Assembly: GCA_000708835.1 (NCBI GenBank)
Contig: DF237279.1
Location: forward strand, 37,856 to 101,855
Source: Klebsormidium nitens
Lineage: Eukaryota; Plantae; Klebsormidiophyceae
Direction: 5' to 3'
Length of the DNA: 64,000 nucleotides
Part shown: in pieces, positions 26,001-43,880 of the stretch
Layout of the letters: each line of letters opens with the position of its first letter
How positions within the stretch are numbered: position 1 is the first letter of the stretch
The notes under the pieces: model-generated
The model's database searches: none
What the model saw: only the letters and a program-made list of their open reading frames with translations
Told to the model about the DNA's origin: nothing
Made by a program: the position numbers and the translations under genes

Positions 26001-29000
26001 ACTCAGGAGAGGGGCGTGAAAGAGCCGCTTGGCATTCAGGAGGCTGACGTGGCACAGCCGGCTCACGTACGGGAGGATGACGCAACGGAGGCTGACGTGG
26101 CAGGGCTGGACAGGAAGTGGGAAGGTGACGTGGCGGGGCCGGAAGCGGAGGTTGTTACTGGAGCGGAAGACGAGTGGACGGAAATAGCAAGCCCGGAATT
26201 GGCTTGGGCGGAAGTCCAACTTCTGGAGAAAGAAGGGAGGGAGATTGTGGTCTCTTCAGAGGCTCGAGATGAAAACAGCGTTGCAAATCTATTTGTCGAT
26301 GGAGAAGCAAGAGAGGAGACTACGGCGCAAAAGGCGAGGGAAGATTCCTGGAGGCTGTCTTGGACGGAAGGGGCGGAACGGGAAAGCATTCGGGCGGCCT
26401 GGTTCGAGACGGAAGAGAGCGGTTTTGGTGAATCGTTCGAGGAGGAGAGCAGATCTCAGGAGGTTGAGAAAGAAGACTTCCGGCTGGAGGGTTCCACAGC
26501 GGAAACGGTTCCGGCGGAACAAGCGATCGGTGGGGACCGTAGGCTGCAGCTTACATCCGTGGACGGAATGCCAGCGGACGGTGTGAAGACCTTGGCAAGG
26601 TTGGAGGGAGAGACTGTCCCGAAACGGGAGGCCCCGAGCACGGTCGACGAGGTTCCGGCGGAATGGGTCAGGAAGCTGTGGAGGAATTGGGCGGAAGGGG
26701 CTTCAACGGGACAGAGTTCGACGATAGAAGGTGAAGACGAAAGGGGAATGACTGACTCGCGTTCCGAAGCTGATTCAGGAAGAGAGGTCTTGCCGGAGAA
26801 GCGTGCTCTAGGAGAATACATTCCGGTGGAAAGCACCGGGGGAGCGAAAATCAGATTGGACACCGGCAGGCGGGATGCCAACCGGAACGCTGGGACAGAA
26901 AAGGAACGGACAGAAAGGTTTACGGCGACGGAAGTCGCAGGAACTTGGAATGACGAGGGACTTCCGCCGGAAGGGAGCGGAACTGAGAATGCCCTAGAGG
27001 GGCGGAGTGAAACTGAACGGGGTCAGGGAGACCGCAAATGGACGCTGGCAGACGCGCTCGCGACGAACGCCGAGACGGAGACCGGATTCCGTTCCTCAAA
27101 GACAGCGGAAATTCTTGACAGGAAAGCGCGCTCAACAGAATCCCCTGAAGAACGCCCGGATCCCATACTGCTCCTTTTCGCCCAAGGAGGAACCAGTGAG
27201 ATTATTCTCAGCGCCTCCGTTCCGTTTCCGGTCAGGGCAGAGCCTCTCATGACGGAACCGGAGCAGATCGTCGAGCGGGGCGGTGAAGAGTTGGGCGGCA
27301 CCAGGGCGGAAAGTTGGACAGCGGAAACGGATCAACGGAGAAGAGGCCGGGAGTCGACGGACTCACGGGCGAGCGACAGCGTCGAGGTGCTGCTGCAGGG
27401 GCTGGTCGCCGAGGAGGATGACGTCAGCGGCGAGAGCGGGTCCGAGTCGGACGGTAAGCACTGTTTGTACAGCAGGGGCTATGCCTTGGATATGGTAGAC
27501 GGATCGACGCGACATTTGGAACATGGTCTGTGAGAGGGCCTTGCTTTTTGTGTGTTTTCCCGGTCGGAGCAATGCCAAAGCCTTCTCTTGGTGTTTGCTT
27601 CCTTCAACCCTAGGAAGATTCGTAGATTGGGGCGCACAAGTTCAACTGTGCAATATGTCCTTGAGCGTTATCGTGGGATGAGTCTGCTCAGTTGGTTTGT
27701 TCCAGCAGATGGAAAACAGAGTGCCGCAAGCAAATACGAAACTGCGTCAACCCCGATCACATCTCCTTTGAAAGGATTCAAGGAAGAATCTAATTCTTCG
27801 TGACAGTCCAGTAGAACCGACTGTCCGATTCTCGCCCTCACAATCCCAAACGTTGATTCCTTGAATGCGTCCAGGCATTTCCAAAAACAGCGCTTCGGTG
27901 AAAAGAAACAGCATCTACAGAACTTTCTACTGCAACACAGTTACAAGAGCTGTTGTCGACCACATCAGATATTGCTTGATCGGCAAACTGAATTGGTAAC
28001 TGAAAGGTTTAAGTTTCAAATTTTATGAGGCGTTACCGTTTTCTTGCCTATCTGAAGCACAAGCGAGACCTTCCAGACGCGCCTTCACCAAAATTCCAAG
28101 TGTCGAGACCTAGCGAAAAACATATAATCTGCCCATTACAAACTTCGCATCACTAGATTTGGAGATGACTAAAAGGACAGGGTATCCGAGAATCAGAGCC
28201 TTTTCGGACTTTCAACCCACACAAACGAATCCAAAAACTTCGCAGAGCGGCCAACGGGACGACCTTGATGTCTTTCTACGACACCAAAGAGCGATGCCGG
28301 GCCTAATTGAGAGACTTTGGTCAAATCAAACCTGTCGTTTCAACTCACAATTCATGGTTCTTTTACTCACAGAAGGATCGGAGGCCGGCCGACCCAAGCG
28401 CGTCAGCTTCAAGTTCGTGACGTTCGACGACGGCGACGATTCCTCCTACGACCAGCGCCTGCTCGCGGCCGCGCAGGAGACGCGGCGCGCCTCGCTCAGC
28501 GCGCGCGGCGCCGAGTTGCGCGCTAGCGTCGCAAAGCTTACGAGGCTCCTTGAGGACGAGGAACCTCTAGAAGTCCTTGGCGGGTGGGGAAGCCTTCCGG
28601 GGTCCCGGAAAGGCCAGCGAAGCGTGAGCTACACCGCCTCGCGCGGGCGCGGGGAGAAACAGGGTTTGGGGGAGGGTTTGGACGAGGGAAGGGTTCGGTT
28701 CGTGGAGAGAGGCCGTATGGAAAGGAGACGAAGCTTCGACGGAGGAATTTTGAGGCGGGACGGTAAAGGGGTTGAAAACGTAAACGGGGATGACGTCAGT
28801 CTTACGCAGAGCGCGTTCGGGGGCCTAGAGGAAGTATTGAAAAGGGAGTGGCAGGGCGCGGAACAAGGCACAGCGGAAACGGAAAACGGAACCACGGAGC
28901 CATTGTCAGGGGGTGCGACAAGGTTTGCAGATTGCGAACAGGACTACGTGGACTGTAAAGGTATTGCAGCTGACGTCACGGAAAAGACTGCTGACGTTAT

Positions 29001-32000
29001 TGCTGACCGGATTGGGGCGGAGGGCGACACCACGGAACTTGAGGAACGGAAGGAAACGGAAGACGGAAACATTGCCCGCCACGCGGTGCGGCAGCGCGGC
29101 GCGCCCGAGACTTCAGGTTTGGCGGAGAAGGGCAGCGGCTCGCGGAATGCGATCACGGCCGAGGATGTGAGCGGAACGGCGGAACAGAGCGGTGCGAGTG
29201 CTGCTTCGGAGGAACGGAAAGTAGCGGACAGCGGAGCAGCAGAGTTGCCAGCGGAGAGGCAGCGGAGAGCAGACCGGAAGAGTGGGCGTTTAGTAGAACA
29301 GAATGAGAAAGAACTAGGGACGGGGAGCGCTGAGAGAACAGAGTTTGAGGAGTGGACTGGTGGTCCGGCATACAAACCAGAGGGGGAACGCAAAGGTGTC
29401 GGCGCGGGACTGCGGACGGAACAGAACCGGAGGAGCGGAACCGAAAGTTTGACAGTAAGGGCTGGACTTGCCGCGCTTGACCCGGAGGTAACAAGCTTGC
29501 GCCAGGAGGGTCCCGAAACAGAAGCGCTCTTCAGAGCGGTGGAGATTGCTGAGCGAAGAATGTCGGGACGAAACCAAGAGAATTCAAGACACGATCAGCT
29601 GAATGCTCTGGGGCTGGAGAAAACCCCTGCAAAGACCGAGAGTCCAGCTCCCGTCGAGTTGCCGCCCGGATTCCGGAAGAGCGTTCCAACGGACGCCCCG
29701 CTTCTCTCCTCGACAGCCACTACGGGCATAGGTGTTTCTGACGGTCCAACGGGCACGCTACGGATGAGTGAACCTGGCAGGGAAAGAAAAGAGCCTAAGA
29801 AGGAAGGGGGAAGTCAGGCTTCGAAGCGCAAGCTTAGTCGGATTTCCGACGGAAAGCGGACGGGAATGCAGTCCGTTCCGGCGGCGCTTTCAGACGGAAG
29901 CGGACACTCTGACCCGGTGCCGGGGCGACTGTTCGACATCACAGCGAAGAGTGCTGGCTCGCCGCAAAAGAAACTTCCGTCCGTTTCGACGTTGCGCGGA
30001 CAAAGGCCGTCGTCCGAAACGGACACGAAGTTTAGGGACTCGCAGTCTGATTCGGACCAAGACCACTGGAGCGGTTGGCGGATCCTCCGGAAGGAGCCGG
30101 AGGCAGAGCGTCGGCCGCGGCAAACCCGGAAGAGTTCCAGCCGCTGTCGGGAGGGAGAAGGGCCGGCTAGCGAGTCACGGATATTCCAAAAGGCTGCCGC
30201 ACCGGAGCGGAAGCGAGCGTCCGGAAACGGTGAAGGAAGGGCGGCGGATGAGAGGAGGGTCTCCCTACCTGTCACAAAGGCTTCCAGGGCTTCGGATGAC
30301 GTCAGGATGACGAATCGAGCGGGGTCCGCAGCGAGCAAGAAAACGTGAGTGTTTTGACTTGAAGGTTCATTTCGGTCCTCCTCATCAAAGTTTTCGATGC
30401 CAAGCGCTTCCTTGAATCGTTTCTGCCTAGCTTCGGAGTTGACTATACTCGGCCTGCGAAGTTTTGCAGAGCACCATGACCTAGTCTGATGCTTTGAAGA
30501 TCGGGCGTTCGAGACGACTGCATACCCTCCTGTTTAGTGAGGTTGGAGAGTGTCTGTCGCTGATCGTCTGCCTCAGAGGCTAGACTTGTAATACCGCGAT
30601 TCGCATTCGATCTAAACATGTCCTTTTTTGACCACCGTTAAGTTGTCTGTACGAGTTCCCAGACGTTGGCCTACAATTCTCATAGGACTTAGTTGCTATA
30701 CCACCTTTAACAACGGGAAGTACTTCCGACTCCTAGGCTGTTAGTCAGAGTCAGCGTTGCCCGAACCTGTGCACAGTTTCTGCGATGCAAACAAGATGGA
30801 ATTTGCAGAAGCCAAAGTTCTGTTTCAGATTGGCGTCTCTGAGTGGCACTCAGAGATTCATTCCCATCTCCTGATGGCACTGTCATTTTCCTATCAATCA
30901 CGGGGATTGCACAAAGATTCAGAGAATAAATTTTGTTAAAGTGAACGTAATCATCTGTCAGATTTCCTCGACTTCGATACTTCTTCTCAGATTCTGTGGT
31001 TTCTGCCCTCACCAAGAATATGTAACCGCTAATTCCACAGGAACCGCCCACCGGCAGCTCCGCTCTCCTCCCAGAACGCCAACCGACGGACTTCCCTTTC
31101 CGCTCCCGCCCAGTCCCCCGGAACGAAAACCTCCCTCGAGAGCAGCCCCCGCCTATCTTCCGGTTCCAAGACGTCCCTCGAAAACAGCCCCCATCTGTCT
31201 TCCGGATCCAAGACGTCACGTCGAAGCACCCCCGAGCCGCCGGATCCGTTCTCCAACCTGATCTCATACGACGGAACGGAACCGGAAGCGAGGGCATCGG
31301 AGAAAGGAGCCTTCGCAAAGGAGCGCGCTCGGAAGGTTACAAGCGACCGGCCGCCGCTCGGTCGGTTGAGCGGCCGCGCGCGCACAAAGGTGGACGAGCG
31401 CGCACCCGAGCGGGGTGACACGAGCGCAGCTCAGCGCAGGGCTTCGAGAGACGCGCGGCCGGCCGCGGCGGCCGGGAAGGACTCGGCCGCCAGACGGACG
31501 AGGGCGACCAGTGACGGCTTGAGCGGCCGGGAGGGGTCGCCGCAAATTTCAACGGCGTCGTACGTTTCGCTTATGCTTCAGAAGAGGGCGCCTACCGGCG
31601 CGCTGACGTCACAAGCGGGACCGCCCGCCGCTCTTGCAAGCACTTTAGAGCCGTTGTCGCAGGTGAAGGCCACTGCAAGTTCCGCCGGAGTTCCGGTGAC
31701 AACCGGCGGAAAGCTGAGGCCCGCTGTGGGCAAAGGAAGGTCAAAGTTGGACCCCGAAGTCCGGCGGAACTCCGTTCAAGAGCGGCAGCACCGGGCAGAG
31801 CCCCTCCGGGAAGAGGCGAGCTACCTGGTAGAAGAGACCGGGCCTTCAGGGTGGGACTTTGCTTTCAATCCCTTCACCAAGATCAGCCGTGCGTCTGACC
31901 CGGGAGTCGGAACGGGGCGGAAAGTTGCGGATAATAGCAGGTGGCCTGTGTCTGCGCACCTGCGACAACAGGCCCTCAGGCGAGGTAGCAGAGGCACGCG

Positions 32001-32007
32001 CGCGTGA
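14013..32007 (+). CDS. Giant low-complexity, probably largely disordered protein, 10 exons, ~4,402 aa
   Basis: Exons 14013-14875, 15276-18178, 18551-18867, 19015-19152, 19266-19376, 20396-20682, 21254-24524, 25074-27453, 28373-30344, 31041-32007. All junctions are GT-AG and phase-compatible (sum 13,209 nt). Links the ORFs at 14013, 15043, 18553, 18976, 19200, 20402, 21378, 25188, 28159 and 31366. Extra exons or alternative sites are possible. Confidence 0.7.
20100..20460 (+). repeat. Three tandem degenerate copies of an intron end plus exon start
   Basis: CACAGGGTCACTTGTCCCG (~20113), CACAGGATCACTTGTACCG (~20271) and CCAGGATCATTTGTCACG (~20392), each followed by a CAG(C/T)CGCGGCC-like motif. 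AAACCACGAAAACTCAGAAAACC is duplicated between copies. Confidence 0.75.
21381..21750 (+). repeat. Coding tandem repeat, ~42-nt (14-aa) unit, ~9 copies (DVRSSRDAETxxSx)
   Basis: Recurrent GGACGTCCGTTCCTCAAGGGACGCGGA core at ~42-nt spacing in exon 7 of the giant gene. Confidence 0.85.
23871..24200 (+). repeat. Coding 15-nt (pentapeptide) repeat, 22 units in register (xxLDG-type)
   Basis: SSLDG TIVDG VIVGE TSAGG SSVGG SSVDG TSGDG GGRDG TEPDG IELDG PSLDR TNLDR KRLDE PKVDG TGLDG NSPDG TAFGG SGLDG TELDG TSLRQ TSLDS TTLDV. Confidence 0.85.
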
Positions 32008-33429
32008 AGAACCTACTTTTTTGCTAGTCACGCGTTGAGAGCCTAGATATGAGGTGGCCGGTTCGACGCGAGGGATGGACTAGAGCGAGATGCTTCGAAG
32101 TCGTGTTATCCAGTCTTTTGTGGCATGCATGTATGCGGATTACTTGATTCTTGAATAAGTCCGTTATCTTTTTAGGGGCACCTCGTGGAGCTGTCCCCGT
32201 TCATGCAGCACACAAGCTTCATGCAAGCCACGTACAATGATCTTGCATGAAAACTCCGATTCACTAGTAATAAGAAGATGCATTGGGTGGAGCAGACACT
32301 CAGTTCCAAGGAGTTGTCTCCATTAAAGTCGAAACTAGCCTAGGTCACCTATAGAGGAGTGCCAAAGTTTGATAACCTTTGGAAATTGCAAATATATGAT
32401 GAGCAACTTCTGTGTGAAATTTTGTAGATCATGCAAGAACTTTGAATCGCGTGAAAAGGAGTGAGTAGAAATGTTCTGTACTTGGCATTGTCCCCAGTCG
32501 GCCATTCAATGCATCCCAGCGTTTGTTTGATGACTGGCGCAAAGATATTTCTTCAGGTACAAACATTTGTGCGGATGGTGGTTGACGTTACTTTCGAAGC
32601 CTTGCTTATAGAGTGTACCTGAAAGCACAGAACAATCCAACATGAAAACTGATTTTGGTGCAATGCATGTGTAAACAGTGAAATGCTCCATTCACAATCA
32701 CTGGCAGATGGGGGAATCGATCTGCAATCCTGACGAGTCCTCACAACATGTGTCGCAAGGGAAGGTGTCGCAGATAAATTCAGAAAATTTTCAGAGCGTA
32801 ATTTGCCATGGACAGATAAATAACCGTTTTCTGCTCGTGTTAAAACAACAACAATGATACAGCCCCATTATTCACCCCGATCAGCAGATTATTGTTGAAG
32901 AATTCTTTATATCAGTATAATATCATGCATATATCATGCATGGATGGTCACTGTGAAGGTTAGTCTACGACAAGTATACATTGGAGTGTAAAAACTGCGG
33001 TTGGTCGGAGGCCTATATGTTTTTTTGAGTTATTAGTTACATCAACCGTTCACATATACTGACATTGATATATTCTCATTTCCAATCGGAATTCTTGAAA
33101 TTATAGTTCCGACTTTCGAGAGTTCGATACTTTTGGATGCATACAATTGCAAATGCTAACAAATAGATGTCAAAATCGGGAACATATACTGCACTTACTG
33201 AAAAGCGGAGGTGATGAAAAGAGCGGTTATGAATTAAAAATACCTCTCGTCGAGTAAATTTATATCAATTGGTCGAATCCATGATCAACTAGCAAGCTCT
33301 ACCTGTGACGAACACGCGTTGCGATGAATATTGACAGACAATCTGCCCTGGCTAAGAGGCCTTCGCTATCTCTGCTGTACACGATCTACAGACCGCTACA
33401 ACCTCTTATCGACGACAGGACAGATCCTG

Positions 33430-33537
33430 GCAACTTCCCTCCGCACGCTTTACCGTGGTCAGGTAGTTAGGGTATGATCTCAGCATCAGAACAGTGGTGT
33501 CACAAGGACAGCCACTGTCTTCAGCACCCCTAGTTGC
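33430..33537 (-). promoter_or_regulatory. TPP riboswitch aptamer in the THI1 3' UTR
   Basis: Minus strand reads GCAACT-AGGGGTGC...GCTGAGA..ATACCCT..ACCTGA-CCACG-GTAAAG-CGTG-CGGAGGGA-AGTTGC. P1 GCAACT/AGTTGC, conserved UGAGA, P5 CACG/CGTG. Lies 128 nt after the THI1 stop codon. Confidence 0.95.
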
Positions 33538-33665
33538 ATCAGGATTGTGGCACGTTGACACAAGACCGTGCACACTGACACTATCTGCAGTGCATCAGAC
33601 CCAACTTCAAGAAGCAAGATCTCCTGCCTGTACAAGATGCATAACATTTCTAACTAGAAGGGAAC

Positions 33666-35664
<1,999 letters not shown>

Positions 35665-36514
35665 GGTGTGATTGGAGAAGAAGAGATGGAGCTTAGAAGT
35701 GCGGATTGCAGGTGAGAAGGTTGCGAGGATTGCTGGGAATGAGCTCTCTGAGTAGAAGAGTTTGCGCTTTTGAGCAGAGCGCAGAACAAGCAATCGATCG
35801 AATGCAATGCAGCTCAGCAAGAAAGCGGAGCAAAGCAGCGCTTATCGGTACGTACCGCTGAATCTCCAGGCGACCACGTGCTCACAATTTCGACCAAAAG
35901 CGGAAAGATAAGTCTGGGTACCATGGCTGAGAGCCGTGCGATAGGCTCTAGATGAAGCATCGACGGTTGGGCTTTTGAAATATCTAAGCAGATATCTTCG
36001 AAAACGTCATCGTCACCAGATTCACCGATGCCCCGACCAGTACCATTGGGCAATCTTCTGACGTGGGCCTTGTCAGTAGAGTCTACCGGATGAATTTCGG
36101 TTGTTGAGAAGCCTGGTATTGATGTAGTTACCGGGAATGATCGAGATCCTCGGGAGCTGCCGGTGTAAGTTGCCTAGAAGATTCACCCCGGTACCAATTG
36201 GACCAGTGGGATTTGAGCAACTTTTGGTACGTACCGGTACCTACCCAATGCTCTGTGCTCAATCGTTTCTGTGTGGGTGTGGTTTGCAGCAACTCCTTTT
36301 CAATGCCCAATGCTGGATTTCTGCAATTCTGCCTTGTGAATGTGAAAGGTGTGTGTGCTCTGGGAAGTCTGAAATCGCTTGCAACAAGGTTTTGCTTGCT
36401 TGCTTCCAGCTGCTTCATGCAACTTGCTAGGTAGCAGTGCTGAGTTCAGGACTGTTCTCTCTCTGCCAGTTTGGCCACCCCTTAGTTTTCTCTCCAACGA
36501 CGCATTGAGGAACC
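35665..36514. promoter_or_regulatory. Shared divergent upstream region of THI1 and THIC (850 bp between start codons), probable bidirectional promoter
   Basis: ATGs at 35664 (-) and 36515 (+) point away from each other. Eight GTAC cores lie between 35848 and 36240, including two GGTACGTACC palindromes. CACGTG at ~35875. Possible THIC 5'-UTR intron donor GTAAGT at 36165. Confidence 0.7.
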
Positions 36515-42213
<5,699 letters not shown>

Positions 42214-42600
42214 GGTGAGGCGGGCGCTTACAACATTCGAAAATGAGGGCGTCGAGAGGAACTCCCTTTAACGAGGACAAGCTGTCTTGAGATCTGAGCC
42301 GGATCTTGCTGCTTTTAGTGGAAGGATTCCGATGAGACGAATCCTGATTGATGCTGATGAAAAAGAGCAATGCGTGCGCTCTTCCTGTAGCAAGGCGTGC
42401 ATTTGATTTGTAGCAACGGTTCTCTCAGTGGGCCTCCTCTGTTGCAGTGCTTTGCAGGGCAGACTTCGAGCTCGGGCGTGCCTACGAGTGCCTCCGGAAG
42501 GTTCACCATGTACAGGCAGGATAAATGAATGGTTAGGAAGCTGTTTCCCTGGCTTGTGATTGGATCGAAAGTCGTGCATGTCTTGTGCCTGGCAAATCCT

Positions 42601-42708
42601 GCAACTAGGGGTGCTGAAGACGGCGGCTGTCCTCGTGACACCGCTGTTCTGATGCTGAGATTATACCCTAACTACCTGACCACGGTAAAGCGTGCGGAGG
42701 GAAGTTGC
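42601..42708 (+). promoter_or_regulatory. TPP riboswitch aptamer in the THIC 3' UTR
   Basis: GCAACTAGGGGTGC...GCTGAGATTATACCCTAACTACCTGACCACGGTAAAGCGTGCGGAGGGAAGTTGC. P1-P5 all pair. Flanks GGCAAATCC (42591-42599) and GGATTTGCC (42711-42719) extend P1. Starts ~390 nt after the THIC stop codon. Confidence 0.96.
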
Positions 42709-43880
42709 TTGGATTTGCCTGTCAGGTCCTAGGGTGTTAGGTGTGTAGAAGCGTGCCTCTTGGAAGCAGGAATAGCATAGAGGTCATAGAAAGCATATCT
42801 GCAGCATACGCCCTTAATCTGCGGATACAATAGTTGTTTCTGCCTGTTGGTGGTGGTCTGATTTCGAAAGTTGCGAGCACTGCATGCAGTGGTATTGGTA
42901 TCCCATGGAAGGACTTACGACTTTTGCAGTGAGGACCGCCGCTACTAATCCTGATGGCAAGCATTCAAGTACACCATTTGGTGCATAACCTGATGATCCA
43001 TACACACACATAGATATAGCTTTGTATATTCAATAATCTGCATGGCACTCAGGCTACGCGCGGCCCCTCCTAAAATTAGATGTATGCATGGGTCTTCAAA
43101 CTCCAGATCAGAAAGAGACAGCCGGCCGCCGGTCAGTGACAGCATGGCACACCCTAAAAGAGATTGCACCGCTCTAAGTTCGTTTCCTAGTAACTTATGT
43201 GGTATATATGTATGCATGCATGCATGTCCTGCGGCCATATCTGCGCAAAGTTGTTATGTAGTAAATTAGTCTCATAAGGATCTAAACGCAAGCTAATTGA
43301 ACTTGATTCTGACAATGATTCAAGTATATAAAATTATGCCATGGGCTTGTAAACGCGAGTGCGAGCCAGGCCGCAGGAGACAGCTCTTCAGTCAGTCGTG
43401 ATGCACCCAAACGTTCCACTGCTGCGCTACTACATAAGTGTGCCTGGCACCGCTTCCGACAGTGCCGGGTTTCAGTAATTGACGAGATTTGAAGCGGCTT
43501 CGGGCCACCCCAATTCTCTGTGACGGTGCAACACTTGATAAACAACGACAAGCACTCTAGTAAACTCAATCTTCAATCAAGTTTAAGTTTAAATTACAAA
43601 TGCATGGGTAGAATCTGTTCAAGCTAGCTATACGTGCGGTAATCTGTACTAAATCTATACAAACCTCAGTGCGATGCTTTAGTATTAGCGTGCACTGCCA
43701 CTTTGACTGTTACAGCCTTGCAATGCAGGCTGGACCTAAGGTGAACACTCCCAATCGAGCACTGATTGGAGTTTCGTTGAGCAGGCATCGCTCCCTTTCT
43801 TCACCTATGCTGCTTTACTTGAGCAACGCCTGAATCCGGCTCGGTCGGATCATAAGCTGGGGAGGTAACGTCCACTTCGA

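Noticed and set aside
14027-31850. Many 100-300 aa ORFs on the minus strand and in alternative frames over the giant gene
   Set aside because: Shadow ORFs of GC-rich, repetitive coding sequence; no motifs or splice support.
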